Below, one piece after another: positions 25,381 through 38,170 of a DNA stretch of 64,000 nucleotides. Below the pieces are notes generated by a model. That model made no database searches. It saw nothing but the letters and a program-made list of their open reading frames with translations, and was not told the DNA's origin. The DNA is from Curvularia clavata (Eukaryota), in contig CP089275.1 in NCBI GenBank assembly GCA_023920165.1, forward strand, positions 558,001 to 622,000. Reading direction: 5' to 3'. The position numbers were made by a program, and so were the translations under genes. How positions within the stretch are numbered: position 1 is the first letter of the stretch; each line of letters starts with the position of its first letter.

Positions 25381-26715
25381 ATGGATAAGTTCAAGAGCGT
25401 GGCCAAGGGCGGTTGGCACCCCGAGCGAGAGCGAACAAACAGCGGCAGCAGTGCAGGAGGCCAGAGCGATTCCAAGGTTGGCCAAGTGGTATGCAAAGCC
25501 AAATCTCCCCTGGATGTTGTCATCCTAACTTGCTTCTGATAGAAAGGCTGGGTGGGCAAGGTCCAGGGCAAGGATGTACATGCAGAAGCCGCCAAGCAGC
25601 ATCAATCTACGCCTCTGTCATCACTCAAAGACCCGGCCTCGTTTGCTCCTCCACCCAAGCGACTCGACTACAGCACAGGCTCCTCATCAGCTGCTGGTAC
25701 CGGAGCTGCCACGGGTCTGGCGTCTGCGCCTGCTGCAGGGGCAAAGCAAAGACTGCAGGAGAAGGAAGAGGCGCGAAGGAGAGCAGAGGAGGAGGCCAAC
25801 AGACCGCCTCCAGGGCCATACAGAGTTAACACGACTGGACTGAGCACAGCACATCTGCCCAAACCACCAGCTTTCCGACCGGGTACAGCTTCTCCAGCTT
25901 CTCCGTCCTCACCAGCACCTCCAGTAGCCTCCGCCAAACCGAAGCCTAGCCTCCCTCCCCGACTCCCGCCGCGCCAGAATTCCAACCCCGACGAGTTTGC
26001 GCCGCCGCCTCCTCCGACATATCACGAAGCCACGCAACAAGAGACACCGACGCTCAACCAGGCTGCCGTGGGCCGTCTTGGACAGGCTGGCGTATCAGTC
26101 GCAGGCTTGGGTATTGGTCGAACGGCGTCCCCTCCTGTACCGCCCCGAGCGAACCCTTCCCCTCCCGTACCCCTGCGCGCGAAACCCTCACCACCAGTAC
26201 CGCCTAGGCAGAACTCTGGCGCGAGCGTCAGCGCACAGAGCTCAACCACAGCCAGTCATGGATCACAGATGAATGAGCTGCAGAGTAGATTTGCGAGGTT
26301 GTCTGGTCCAAAGTCGCCAGCAGAGACGCCAACGACGGGCACGTCGTGGGCAGATAAGCAAGCAGCGCTTCGTACGGCCAGCAATCTGCGCGATGATCCT
26401 TCCAAGGTGTCTGCCTCGGACTTGAAGACTGCGGCATCGACGGCGAACAACTTCCAGCAACGGCACGGTGACCAAGTTGCGGCTGGGTGGAAGTCGGCCA
26501 ATTCGCTCAACCAAAAATATGGCATCGCCGGCAAGGTGGGCAGTTTGGCGTCGTCAAGCACATCACCCCCACCGCCAGCACAGCCAGCGGCACCAAGCAA
26601 CGCGGGAGGACTGGGGAAGAAGGCCCCTCCACCGCCGCCGCCGAAAAAGAAGGAATTGAGCGGCGGTTCGAGCGAGCCTCCGCCAATCCCACTAAGTAGC
26701 AAGCCCAAGTTTTGA
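25381..26715 (+). CDS. AIM3-like proline-rich protein (probable actin-patch/SH3-binding protein), 2 exons
   Basis: MDKFKSVAKGGWHPE, an intron at about 25489-25542, PLSSLKDPASFAPPPKR, many PxxPxR motifs and the C-terminus PPPIPLSSKPKF. Confidence 0.8.
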
Positions 26716-27660
26716 TAGAGATACGGATGGACTATGTAGGAGTAGTTGACAACTTGTATATACCCCCTGTTGCAAAGGTGTTCCCCGCATGTACATAGTT
26801 GGCCCTCTCCAAGTCACCTTGCCAGTTAGGGCCCAGCGGCTCTCGTTTGGCAGCACTGCGCTTGGACTTGGCCTTGGGCCGGACCCTCAACGTGTTCGCC
26901 AGAATCCCTGCCAAAATTTTGCAGCGCGTTTTTTTTTTTTCTTCTATACGCTGGCGGAATTCGGACGAAAGGCTGGGCAGGACTCTGGGCAACGCCGCCC
27001 TTTGGCAACAAGAGCGAAGAGGGCAGCAAAATGTGTACATCGGTCTGCCGAATATCGTTAGCCTTGCGAGGCTGATTGTTGCCGCAAGGGACAGGCAAAG
27101 GAGAGACGAGGGATGGGTGGCTAGAAGGAGGGTCTGGCTGTCCAGTGGGAGCCGGCTGTGGCTTGCCTCGGCACGTCATAGCAATGTTATTCGCCCAAAA
27201 TTGTTACGTCGCCGCTAAAATCCTCACCAAAACCCAGACTGCTTGTCCACGTCCATTGCCTGCTGTTTCTAGCCTCCGGTCCGATGCACCTTTCCTCGAT
27301 CCGTGGTCGCTCCGAGCTCATCTGTGCGCTTTGTTCTCGCTATATCTGTGTGTCCGGCCCCGGATTCGTGCTCTGAAGCTGGTCAATTGCGTGAAACGGC
27401 ACCCGCCCTTTGTGTCTATCGGGCGATAACAACATAAACAATCGCTCCGACAACACCACCATCACCACCAATTGCCCGAGCCCTGCTCCGACAACAAACA
27501 CGCCAGACGCCCTAAGAGCTTACTCCGACGCTGCCTAGCGCAACGGCTCGGCAGTGCGCCTTTACCGAAAAGTAGAAAACCTTCCAGAGACCCTGGGGGT
27601 CCTTTCACTCCGCTCAACCACGTTTCAACCACAACCAGACTACTCGCACACTCAGCCATC

Positions 27661-29508
27661 ATGTCTGGCGCAGGCCCTGCTCTGCACCCCGGCGACTGGC
27701 CCTCCAGGGCTGTCCTCCAGTTCCCCCCCGACGCCGCTCCCTCGCCCATCCCACCTCCGTGGACTGGCGAGGCGACCTTTGCCAACCCATTTCCCATCCC
27801 AGAAGACATCTACCAAGGTGCGCTGTCCTACAAGGTCCCGCTGACCATCGCCTCCATCTACTTCGTCACCGTCACCTACATCAACTGGTACAATCGCCAG
27901 CATGGAAACAAGCCTTGGAGAATCGCCAAAACGCGGCCATTCTTCGCCTTTGTCATCTTCCACAACGTCTTTCTGGCCGTCTACTCTGCCATTACCTGTG
28001 TGGCTATGATCCGCTGCCTCAAGCGCTCGTTCCCCCACTACAGCGAGCCCAATGCCGTTGTTGGCACCATTGACGCTCTGTGCAAGATCCACGGCCCTCG
28101 CGGCCTTGGCGATGCCGTCACCTACAACAACACCAACGACGCCTGGAGCAGCCTCAACCCCAACGTGGCTCTGGCTGCCAATGGCCTGCCTGACAGCTTC
28201 GACGTTGGCCGCATCTGGAACGAGGGTCTCGCCTTCTGGGGCTGGTGGTTCTATCTCTCCAAGTTCTACGAGGTGCTTGACACGGCCATCATCCTCGCAA
28301 AGGGCAAGCGCAGCACCACTCTCCAGAAGTACCACCACGCCGGCGCCATGTTGTCCATGTGGGCTGGCATGCGCTACATGTCTCCACCCATTTGGATGTT
28401 TGCTCTGGTCAACTCTGGTATCCACGCTATGATGGTAAGAATCTACTCTTCGTTCAAATTGACCCCGACTGATCATTTCTAGTACACCTACTACACCGTA
28501 TCCGCCCTCGGCTACCGCGTTCCCAACGTTGTCAAGCGAACCCTCACCACGATGCAAATCACCCAGTTCCTCGTCGGCTCCGCCTTTGCCGCTATGCACC
28601 TTTTCCTTTCCTACACCGTTCCCGTCTCCGTCGCATACAAGGTCGCTGAGAAGGTCGCTCAAAAGGTTGCGCCTGAGGCAGTCTCCTCTACAATCTCGTC
28701 GGTCGTCTCCTCGGCAACTGAGTCGGCTGCCGAGGTTCTGCCCACCGCCAGTGGTGTCGCTGTGGCCTTCCTCAGGAAGCTCATCTACCGTGCTGCTGGT
28801 GACGAGGGTCTTGCGGAGAACATTCACATCCCTGGCCAGCCCGTCCCCGTCCGCCAGCAACCACTGCAACAGGTCAATGCTGCAGAGCCCTCCCCCAAGC
28901 ACAACGTAGTCCACAATCTCCTCCACCCTCACGAGACTGTCGAAAAAGTCTTCTACCGCACCGAGTACCAGACTGTTCCTTGTGTCGATACTTCCGGCCA
29001 GGCCTTTGCCATCTACCTGAACCTGATCTACCTCGCACCGCTCACCATTCTCTTCATGCGCTTCTTTTTCAAGTCGTACCTCCGCCGCTCGTCGCCCAAC
29101 GCCAAGCGCAACCAGAAGCCCCGCACTATTTCTGATGCTGCCGGCGAAGCAAGCCGCCAAGTTGACTCCTTGGACAAGTCTGCTGAGGATGCCTTTGCCT
29201 CTGGTGTGAACATGATGGCCAGCAACGCTGTTCGTGGAAGGCGACCAGCCAATGGCCCCAAGGATGAGAGGCAGGGCAGCATGAGCCCGGCCAACCAAAA
29301 GTTCCTCGAGACCGTCAACCGCCGAGTCAGCCAAAAGCTGCAGGAGATGGACGAGGGTGCTGAGGCTTCGGCTCAAAAGGCAAAGCAGATTGCCAGGGAG
29401 GTTGTTGCCAAGGCAGAGGAGGCTGGCGACAAGGTTGAGCATGCCTACGAGGACAACGAGGAGGATGTGGCCGAGAAGGCCAAGGCAAACGGCCATGGCT
29501 CAAAGTAA
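27661..29508 (+). CDS. GNS1/SUR4 (ELO) family fatty-acid-elongase-like membrane protein, 2 exons
   Basis: HNVFLAVYS, FYLSKFYEVLDTAIILAKGK, LQKYHHAGA, NSGIHAMM/YTYY and LTTMQITQF. Intron at about 28434-28482. Confidence 0.92.
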
Positions 29509-30294
29509 GCAGTGGGAGGAAGCATAAAGGATCAAACAGATACCTAATTGCAACGTCTGAGTCCGAGCCTGGGACAAACAACATCATCACCACCTTGGAT
29601 AAAAAGGAGGAGTTGTCTCAGAGGATCAGGGCATTGCCATCAAGTTACGTACTGACATGAGAGTAACTGATAAAAAGAGAGGGACGGATAAGGCAATCAC
29701 GAGGCAGTGGGACAGGACTTTGGTCTATATGATTCCCCAACCGCTGCCTTTGCCTCAATCAAGAAGACGCGGGGGTTTTCTTCCTACACATCCATGTAAA
29801 CAAAACTTTTTCCAAGCGTTGTATTAGAACTTTATCTTTTTTTTTTCGTTTTCTTCCATCTAGATATCCAAGCTCCCTTTTTTTTGTTCCTTTCCATGGG
29901 GGAGCGGGCGGCGCAGAAAATGGAGAAGAATGGAAAATTGAAGATGTTGAAAAAAAAAAAGTTTTGAGAAATGTGGTGTGGATTTTGTGTTGTTTTTGAT
30001 GGTACGCTTGTATTTCTTCGTGGTCTACGATGAAGTCGTGCTAGGTTATAATAGGGCGAATGGTAATGAGTTTCTGTTTGGGTAAAACGGACGCTGGATA
30101 GATGGATAAAGAGAGACTTTTCGGAATTATATAAATAGCTCTCCCAATGGCACGGAATCTGCCACATGCTTGATGCCGTTGCACAAATTGATTGATGGAT
30201 GGTATACTACATATGTTTGGAGCCCAGCCTTTACTTTTTTTTCTAGCAGCCCGCCAAACAAACAAACAAACAAACAGGATGGATATACAATATT

Positions 30295-31620
30295 TCACCT
30301 CAGATCCCCACCATACCCATCCCACCCGCCTCTCCCTGCCGCCCCAATCCCAATCCCACTCCCCAATTCGTACTTGTCCTCCGTCTCTCTCCTCTTCTTC
30401 CTCCTCGCCCCATCGTCCCTTTTCCCATCCCTTTCACCATCTCTCCCAGCAGCAACAGCAACCCCCGTCTTTGTCCCCACAACACCCACATCCTCATCAT
30501 TCCTTGCAAACACCTGCAGACCACGCAAATGCGTATCCTTGCCATTCTGGTGGTTCTCTAGAATCTTCACCTGCAGCAGATGGGCACGCAGCGTAGGCAT
30601 TTTGGGTGCTCGTGGGCGGCGCGGCGGCGGAGCACGGCGCGGGTAAGGGTTACTGGGGTGGGAAGGGGTGAGCGAGGTGAAGGGGGTGCGGGGGTAGTGC
30701 GAGGATGGGCGGGGAAAGGAAGGGGTTTGGGTATGAGGATCGAATGAGGAGGAAGGGGGAGCGAGGGTCTGAGTGGGGACTGGGGTGTGGAAGTGCGAGT
30801 CTGGGTGGTGGCGGTGGTTGGTGAAGGGAGCGGCGTTTTCGGAGTCGGAAGACGCTGCGTCGTGGTGGTGGGGGGTTGTTGTGGCGCCACCGCCGCCATT
30901 TGTAAGTGGTGAGGTGGTGGTAGGGAGTCTTCCTTCGTGATGGGGAGTATTAGTAGGATCTTGGTAGTCGTCGTTGTTGTTGTTGCCGTCGTCGTCATCA
31001 TCGTCGTCTTCACTGTCCACGTCACCTACGCCGGAGAAATCAGCCCAGACCCAGCCTCGGGGGCTTTCTAGCTTCATCTCGCCCCATTCCTGGAGGTCAT
31101 TCATCCCGCTGCCGGCAAGGAAGATGATTCGTGTAGGAGTGTAACTCTCGTCTTGCTCAAAGTCGAGGTATAGTCTGAGTCCGACTATGCGGACGAGCTT
31201 GAAGAAGTGGATGTTGAGGTAGTGGGGTTGGGGGCCATCAGACTGCCAGAAGAGATTGGTGTTGGCATGGCGTAGCTGCGGTATCGAGCAGCCTGGTTTG
31301 GAAGAGGAAACCGTCCATGAGGCTAGAGTGCTAATTTCACGGAGGTAAGGTGGTGGTGGGTCGTGATTGGGAAGGGTGCCTTGAGAAGGAGAGACGAGAC
31401 CTTCTTCGTCTTCTTCGACATTTCCGTCATCCTCTTCTTCGCCTTCCTCCTCTTCATCGTCTAGACCCACTAGCTCATCGCCTTCGTCCTCGCCGTCCTC
31501 GGCATCCATGTCGTGCTCCTCTTGGCGGGCGCCAAGATCCATGTCATTGTCGGTATCATCTGCCTCAAAGTTGGGCGACATGTGCTGAGGCTGACCCCGG
31601 TGGCGACGAGAAGGTGGCAT
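30295..31620 (-). CDS. APC10: Anaphase-promoting complex subunit 10 (DOC domain)
   Basis: LREISTLASWTVSSSKPG, FWQSDGPQPH, DESYTPT and ILENHQNGKDTHLRG. The start at MPPSRR (31620) is inferred. Confidence 0.93.
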   Translation of the reverse strand: MPPSRRHRGQPQHMSPNFEADDTDNDMDLGARQEEHDMDAEDGEDEGDELVGLDDEEEEGEEEDDGNVEEDEEGLVSPSQGTLPNHDPPPPYLREISTLASWTVSSSKPGCSIPQLRHANTNLFWQSDGPQPHYLNIHFFKLVRIVGLRLYLDFEQDESYTPTRIIFLAGSGMNDLQEWGEMKLESPRGWVWADFSGVGDVDSEDDDDDDDGNNNNDDYQDPTNTPHHEGRLPTTTSPLTNGGGGATTTPHHHDAASSDSENAAPFTNHRHHPDSHFHTPVPTQTLAPPSSSFDPHTQTPSFPRPSSHYPRTPFTSLTPSHPSNPYPRRAPPPRRPRAPKMPTLRAHLLQVKILENHQNGKDTHLRGLQVFARNDEDVGVVGTKTGVAVAAGRDGERDGKRDDGARRKKRRETEDKYELGSGIGIGAAGRGGWDGYGGDLR

Positions 31621-32928
31621 GGCTGTAGATAGTGCACGTAACAAACTGGGATAGTCGACCAGGCACAGGTTGCATAGGTGGCAAGGGTTCCAGGGAATAC
31701 CGGAGCTGAGCAAGCACACAAAGGCGCCGTTTGAGAGACCCGGGGTGTTGCGATTATCGTGTTTCCAAAAAAGCACTGCGAGTCTGGATCCTCATTCTAC
31801 CAGGCCAGACCTTTTTTGTTTTCAAGATTGCGCATGCATGAATGCAGGACGGAGAGTGGAGTGAGACTAGGCTCAAGACGTGACGAGGTGCAGATGACGT
31901 GTGGGTGTCGGCAGCCGTGGTGGCAGGCAGGGAAAGCAGATGCGGACGTACCCGCAACCTGGGATGTTGAACTCAGCGAGCAAGGTTTCAGCGGCTTGCG
32001 TATACGGCGTATACAGTAGGCGTTTGGTGGTGCGAGACGACGGCGTGCAATGTTGGTGGAGGAACTATAGGCTGGGCGCCGTGGTTGAATTGTGGTTCTA
32101 CAGGCGCGCGAAATTACTGCAACCGGTCAGGTACAAGCGCGTCCCCTTGCATCCCACCCTTCACCCACCTTTCACCTACCCACATCCATTACCTTGCCCA
32201 CATCCACAGCTACATTAACTCCCACACCCATACCCACCAGCCTCTGCTCCTACCATTCTGATCGAGATTCATTTCCTGCACGCGGATATGCAGCCCGTGA
32301 AGAACCATGTCAAGTCATACAATACTCCTAGTCTTGTCGATCCTGTGCATATCCGCCCGTCCCGCTGCGGTTTCACGATAAAGATCAAGATCGGCCTCGG
32401 ATTCGCTTCACCCGCGACTAATCTAGCCAGCTGGAGTCGTCGATGCTGCGCCCACGCTATTTACTCATCATAGCCAATGCAGGTCGAGGCCTACGACCGT
32501 TCGGTGGTCATCCGACGCAATCCCTGCACAGACTATGCGTATAGTTTACCTAAACCTGCCCACACTGCATACAACCCCCATCCAGGCCCCAGTTTCGCCA
32601 GCTTCAGCAGCCCTGTTGTGTTTTACTTTTTTCACGACACTGGCTGAAAATCAGCCTGTCGGATCACTTTTGTCTGCTCAGCTTTTTGCCAATCTCGATC
32701 TAGTCTGCATACACCCCATGTACACTCTCTAATTCTCCGTGCTTTTGGCAACGGATATGCTGCATTTTAACTATTCCTGGCGCCGCGGAAGTCGTTGTCT
32801 TGTCGGTATCTGCCATCCCTCCTGTACCACCTTTGCAGCTTCTTCTCACTCACATCCCGTTGTTCAAGTCGGTTTGCATACCGACGACGTACCTTTTGAT
32901 CTCGGTTCAAAGTGCCATCCACTGCAAC

Positions 32929-34232
32929 ATGGATACCATGTACGGTGGCGGTGATGTGCCACGGGTGATGCTGCATGCGTACAGAATCACTATTGCCTTC
33001 CTTGCCCTGGCATGGGTGTTTATACTGCTGAGAGTATGGACTCGCACCTTTGTCATCGCCAATTTCGGCTGGGACGATAGCATCATGGTGCTGGCAGGAG
33101 TGAGTTTTGCATTCTCTTCATTCACCAAGTCCTGACATGAGCAGTTGATATTCACGGTATACTGTGCAACAGTCCTTTTCATTGCTACACACGGCGGTGG
33201 TACCGTCATATCTGACTTTGAGCACTTGAAATGGCTGATGAAGGTAATGCCATTCCGATGCCTCTCTCCAACTCAGCTAACCACTGCAGCTTGCCAATGT
33301 CGCTGAATCTTCGTACGTCTTGGCCATGATGTTCATCAAGATCTCGATTGCCATCTTCTTCGCCCGCATCATCGCCAAGAGACAGCATATGATCATCATA
33401 TATGTCGCAATCGCTATCACCGTCGTATCATCAGTCTCTACCTATCTCTACTGCTTCCTTCGCTGCGGACCGGATTTAGATGAATACCTTGTACGACAGT
33501 TGACCGACGACTGTGCTCCTGTTCACCTCGACTTGTTCATGGCCTACCAGCAAGGTACGATGAGTGCTCACTCGCTACGGCCTACATGCAGCTAATTCTC
33601 CCTCCTTAGCTGCTTTCAATACCCTTACGGATGTCATCTTTGTTGCTATGCCAGTCGTGGTTCTTTGGAATGCTTCGATGGACCGGCGGGCCAAGGTCTC
33701 AGCTGGCTTCGTATTGATAATAGCCACACTGTAGGGTCTTACGAATCCACTACCAAGCTCGATGCTGACCTACAATAGCGGCGCTATTTGCTCCATGATA
33801 CGATTCAAATACGTTGAAGGCGTCCTTAAAATCGGCGACTTCTTTTGGCATGCCGTCAACATTTCCATGTGGAGCACGATCGAAGCAGGTACCTGCATCA
33901 TTGCTGCATGCACGGCCACGCTGAGGCCGCTCCTGAAGTCTACCTTGGATCGAGTACAAACGGCGACCTCGCCTTCCAGTTCCGGAACACCGCCTCCGTC
34001 AAGTAGTGCGAAGAGCGATCAGCAATCGAAACACCAATCTTTGCAAACGATAAGAGTTCCCAACGACGATCTAGAATACGGCAATATCGAAGCCACAGAA
34101 TCCTCTTGCGCACTCACAAAACCACCAGAGTACACCTTTGTCGAGCTCATAACTATGCCGGATTCCGCTCACCTTGCGCCTGAATCTGGTATCGACAACA
34201 GACCCGCTAGGCCCGATTCTATATTAGGGTGA
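32929..34232 (+). CDS. PTH11-like integral membrane protein (rhodopsin-like domain, no CFEM), about 5 exons
   Basis: LRVWTR...FGWDD, FIKISIAIFFARI, TDVIFVAMP, ICSMIRF and WSTIEAGTCIIAACTATLRPLL. Confidence 0.88.
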
Positions 34233-35163
34233 AGTCAAGATTTAAAAATTCGCGCAATTGCGTGAGAGAAAGAACAAACTTTGTCCAAAACAAGACAGCG
34301 TAAGTATGATGGCGCACCTGTCGTGTTCATGGGCCGGGGCGAGGCGGAGAAGGAAGCTAAGTCCAGCCACGCTAAGCACTATCAAGCCACTAGCATTATG
34401 GTTTATTGTGTCTACGCACCCACTTTTCGCCTATGGAACAGCGGTACCGTTCGCTGTGCATGACGTGCTGCTTGCTATGGACATGCCAAGCCGCCGTCGT
34501 CGTGCCACAACCCAACAACACTATTGGGCTTTGACATTACTCACTTGCCAAGGACGGCGAGAAACCATGGAAATGGAGACATGCTATATTAGATGTGTCT
34601 CCTCGAGCGCTTTCCGATCCGGTCTCGACTACGCCTGCCTTCCGACTCATACTTTCTTTGTCTTACCTTGGGTTTGCCACGGACATGTCAGACACCACAA
34701 TCCTCTGCCTAGACCTTTGGCTCTTGGCTATGGGTGTTTTATCAGCTGGCAGTCATCAGCAATGATGTGACTGTTTCGTGGAATGATGATGTACACATCC
34801 GGTCTTGTTTGCTGAGATATGCTTTTCTCTGGTGCTTTAGTAGTACCGTGCTTTTTAGAAAAAAGGTTCACACGTGGATGGGACTAGTAAAAGTTGGAAC
34901 ATGTGATAACGACACGCTTTGTATGATAATGAACTGGATGAAATGCATGGTAATTAGATGAAGCTTCTTGTGCTCATGTGACGTGATCATTATACATTAC
35001 GCATTCATTGTGTGCAAGCATCCATGGGTAATCCGAATAAGCCACTCTGACAAATACCAGTCCATCAACATCCACTCGGAATCCGCCTGTCACCACCGGA
35101 GGCGCACTGGATAACAAAAGCCCCACCCTCTGAATAATTGTGCGAGATTCCAGCCTGGCTGGT

Positions 35164-37275
35164 CTACCGAACACATATCTTCCCGTAGGAATTTCTTTCT
35201 TGCGTCAATTCAGCCATAGTATCAGCACTGTCAATGAAACATTCCCCTATCAAGCGATGCACATTTCCTTCTTTCCTAAAAACCAAGGGCACTTTGAACC
35301 CAGCTATAGCCCAGATCTCGTCATGCTGTCTGGTACCCCTTGGCCCCAGTCCCATTAGTCCTTCACTCGTCCGGAAGAACTCCCGATAACGAATATTCCG
35401 TAAAGCAAGTAAGTAGTGGTGGGTTTCCAGATACCGTCGCATTTGATCATCGTAGTCCGAGTATGCTGAGATTTGGAACATGGGTGGAACTTCTGTGATG
35501 ATGGCTGCATCTGGGGCTTCGGTAACCATGTCCATACAGAGAATATGAATGAGAGGCCTGGTAGGATAGAGTGGGCTTCTTCTAGAGCTGGAGTACCCGT
35601 ATAGTGACATCTCGTGGGCTAGAGATAGCCACTGCTGTAGTAAATCTGGGTTCTTGTCGAGAGGTACATCGGGCTCCATGTTAGTCAGTGTACATGTGGT
35701 GATTTCCTCGATGCAAATGCCTTCTAGGATAAGCGTATCAGGTAGGCTTGCTGTGCTTATTACCGTGCCTTCTGTGTGGTATGAACCTTCCCATGAGACG
35801 GTCGTAAGCCGAGGATCATAAATGATGTATTTATTGGTCTTTCCAGTGTGGCCGGGGCCTCCACCTATAGCCCGCGTTGTAGTCGTTGACTCGTTGGTCA
35901 CACGAGTCCCCCGCATTGTCATGGTAGTAGATGTCGTGCTCTCTATCGTTTGGACAGTATGGCCGCGAGACTGCCACCGCTGATAAGCTGCCTTTAAAGC
36001 CAGACGGGTGCGAATGATGCGTGATTCGTAGATAGTAGGGGGCCACCATGTCGTTCCGCTTGTTCTTCGTTCAACTTGCGTTGTCCATATGGGATTTGCT
36101 TTGGATTGAAAGGCCCAGTCTGGAGCCCAGGAAGGTAGTCGGCATTCTGGGCTATGATTGGCAAGACCCGCAGAGCATAGTAATGCCATAAGTCTGCTGG
36201 AAGGACCTTGCACAGCAACCGAGTCGGGATGCCATTCATACTCTCCTTCGTTCGCCTCAAGATTTGCTCTTTGGGAATTCGCTTTGAGCGCGTCGTCAAT
36301 AGCCTGATGCGCAACAAGACAATACAACTCTTCTTTCGGTATCCCGTAAGAAACTGGGAATGGCTCCTGCTGTCTCGAAAGGCTCAAGAATGCGTAAAGC
36401 TTGTCTCTGGGGTCAAACGCCGCAAGATGCTTGTATCTTAGAGCCAAGCTGACGATGTCGGGAGCTTTACGCTCTCGCAATGACCGCCGAACACGATCGA
36501 TGTCGAGCACGATGTTAGCAGGGATGTCCTCAGGCGAGCAACCTAGCACGTTCGGGGGGAGGACAAGATGAAGGGCTTGAAGCACAGCTACAATAGTGTC
36601 CCAATCTGTCCAGCCATGGCCCCAAGAAAATTGGGCAATATTGGCCATTGAGGCCTCTTGGACTATCCAGCTGCGAGAGAACCACGCGACTGACAAGAGG
36701 CTCTGGAGAGCCGCCCACCCTGTGCTTTTGGGCGAGGGCAAATTGAGGATGCTCATCTGCTTAGGAGTGAGCCGTCGGACGCTCTTGATATCGCATTGCC
36801 CGTCGAAACATTCCTTAGGCAGCATTTCATATACTGGCTTCAAACGCTTGAGAATTCTTTCTGTACGCTTCGGGTGTTCAAGGGCGCCTAGCCAGATCGC
36901 TACGCTTCCGGCGCATTCGTATATTCTCGACATGAGTTTGACCTGACGCCCTTTTTCCTCGTCATCGTTCTGGTTGATACATATCTGGTCGATCCAGAGG
37001 CGCACCTCCTGTTTGACATCCCTTAAGTTTCGAAGAGCGTTGTGGAGGTTAGGCGTGACCTTGAAAGAGCAACCATTGATGAGGATTTCTTCGGTGAAGT
37101 TCGGAGCGCCCCAACAGTAAGATAGTGCGCAAAATGCATTTGCGTCATCCGTGAAACTCGCTTCCTTTAGCACACCAGTGATGCGATCTTTCTTGGTTCC
37201 TGGGGAGATGAGGAATAGGCGGAGATCAGCGTTAGCAGTGAGTGGCTCGTAAGTGAATGCCGGCAAAGGCTCCAT
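35164..37275 (-). CDS. Heterokaryon incompatibility HET-domain protein (HET-6-like architecture), intronless
   Basis: ALSYCWG, LWIDQICINQ, QVKLMSRIY, WFSRSWIVQE, DPRDKLYA, LPSWAPDW and the C-terminal GLMGLGP...VPLV...LIGECF. Confidence 0.93.
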   Translation of the reverse strand: MEPLPAFTYEPLTANADLRLFLISPGTKKDRITGVLKEASFTDDANAFCALSYCWGAPNFTEEILINGCSFKVTPNLHNALRNLRDVKQEVRLWIDQICINQNDDEEKGRQVKLMSRIYECAGSVAIWLGALEHPKRTERILKRLKPVYEMLPKECFDGQCDIKSVRRLTPKQMSILNLPSPKSTGWAALQSLLSVAWFSRSWIVQEASMANIAQFSWGHGWTDWDTIVAVLQALHLVLPPNVLGCSPEDIPANIVLDIDRVRRSLRERKAPDIVSLALRYKHLAAFDPRDKLYAFLSLSRQQEPFPVSYGIPKEELYCLVAHQAIDDALKANSQRANLEANEGEYEWHPDSVAVQGPSSRLMALLCSAGLANHSPECRLPSWAPDWAFQSKANPIWTTQVERRTSGTTWWPPTIYESRIIRTRLALKAAYQRWQSRGHTVQTIESTTSTTMTMRGTRVTNESTTTTRAIGGGPGHTGKTNKYIIYDPRLTTVSWEGSYHTEGTVISTASLPDTLILEGICIEEITTCTLTNMEPDVPLDKNPDLLQQWLSLAHEMSLYGYSSSRRSPLYPTRPLIHILCMDMVTEAPDAAIITEVPPMFQISAYSDYDDQMRRYLETHHYLLALRNIRYREFFRTSEGLMGLGPRGTRQHDEIWAIAGFKVPLVFRKEGNVHRLIGECFIDSADTMAELTQERNSYGKICVR

Positions 37276-38170
37276 TCGTGAATTTTCTTCACAGAGATAT
37301 ATCAAGATTAGTTTAAAGAATCGAAACTATCAAGGAAGATTTCCTTGAGGGGCGACTAGTCAAGAGGCCGCGACGAAACTCACGGCCCCCAAAACGCCCA
37401 GCCCCCTCTCCGCACTGCCACGCTTCCTCGCCAAGTATAGCTGATTTGGACCTAGCGAAGGTTTAAGTTCCGCCTCGCTTCGCCATAAGCTTGCAATATC
37501 CAGTTAGACTTGGTCGTGCCGTGTTACTTCCAACAGGGAGATCCTCGATTGCAAAACTACAAATTGCCAGCGTCGTCGCATGTAAGATAGCAATGGCCGC
37601 TACATGGTAAATGAAAGCCTTCTCAGAAGTATGGGACCCAAGAAATTTGAACCGTACCGACTAGCAGGTTTAGGAGGTCAAAAGAGGGCGTGTGGTGGGT
37701 GTTGTAGGGAGAGATCGGAATTTCTTTTGGTAATGGGTGTCTTTCGCAGTGAGGCGCAAAGTGAACAAGGATATCGTATTTCAGGACCTGTTGGGCAAGA
37801 GATGCTTAGAATTGGCCACATAGCACAGCTCACCCAAGATGAATGCAAACCCCGAGGCGTGTATCTAGATAGAGTCTGTTGATTTGAATGCACATATGAC
37901 TTATCCGATTACGAGGTTACCGCTCATGCGGAGAGGGAGCTTGGCGACTCCCTACGCCGACAATATTTTGGCTTCGCCCAATCATATCTTTCTGGCCTCG
38001 ACCAATCAACCTACGGTACCAGACTAGCTGCGGCAGCCCGTCAGCCTTCCCGCCTGTATATAGATCGTCATCAATCTCCTCTTCAACAGCATATTCACAA
38101 ACATTATCTTGTTAGCAATTCACACTGAAGTCTCCTCGATCCAACAGAGCCCTTCTCACCCTGAACATCA

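Noticed and set aside
27652..29496. 614-aa antisense ORF covering the elongase-like gene, including its intron
   Set aside because: It mirrors the sense codons in register. Strong third-position C bias suppresses antisense stops, and the translation has no recognisable motifs.
8937..29508. SCS7 and the ELO-like gene as a sphingolipid gene cluster
   Set aside because: They are about 17 kb apart with five unrelated genes between them, so there is no evidence of clustering.
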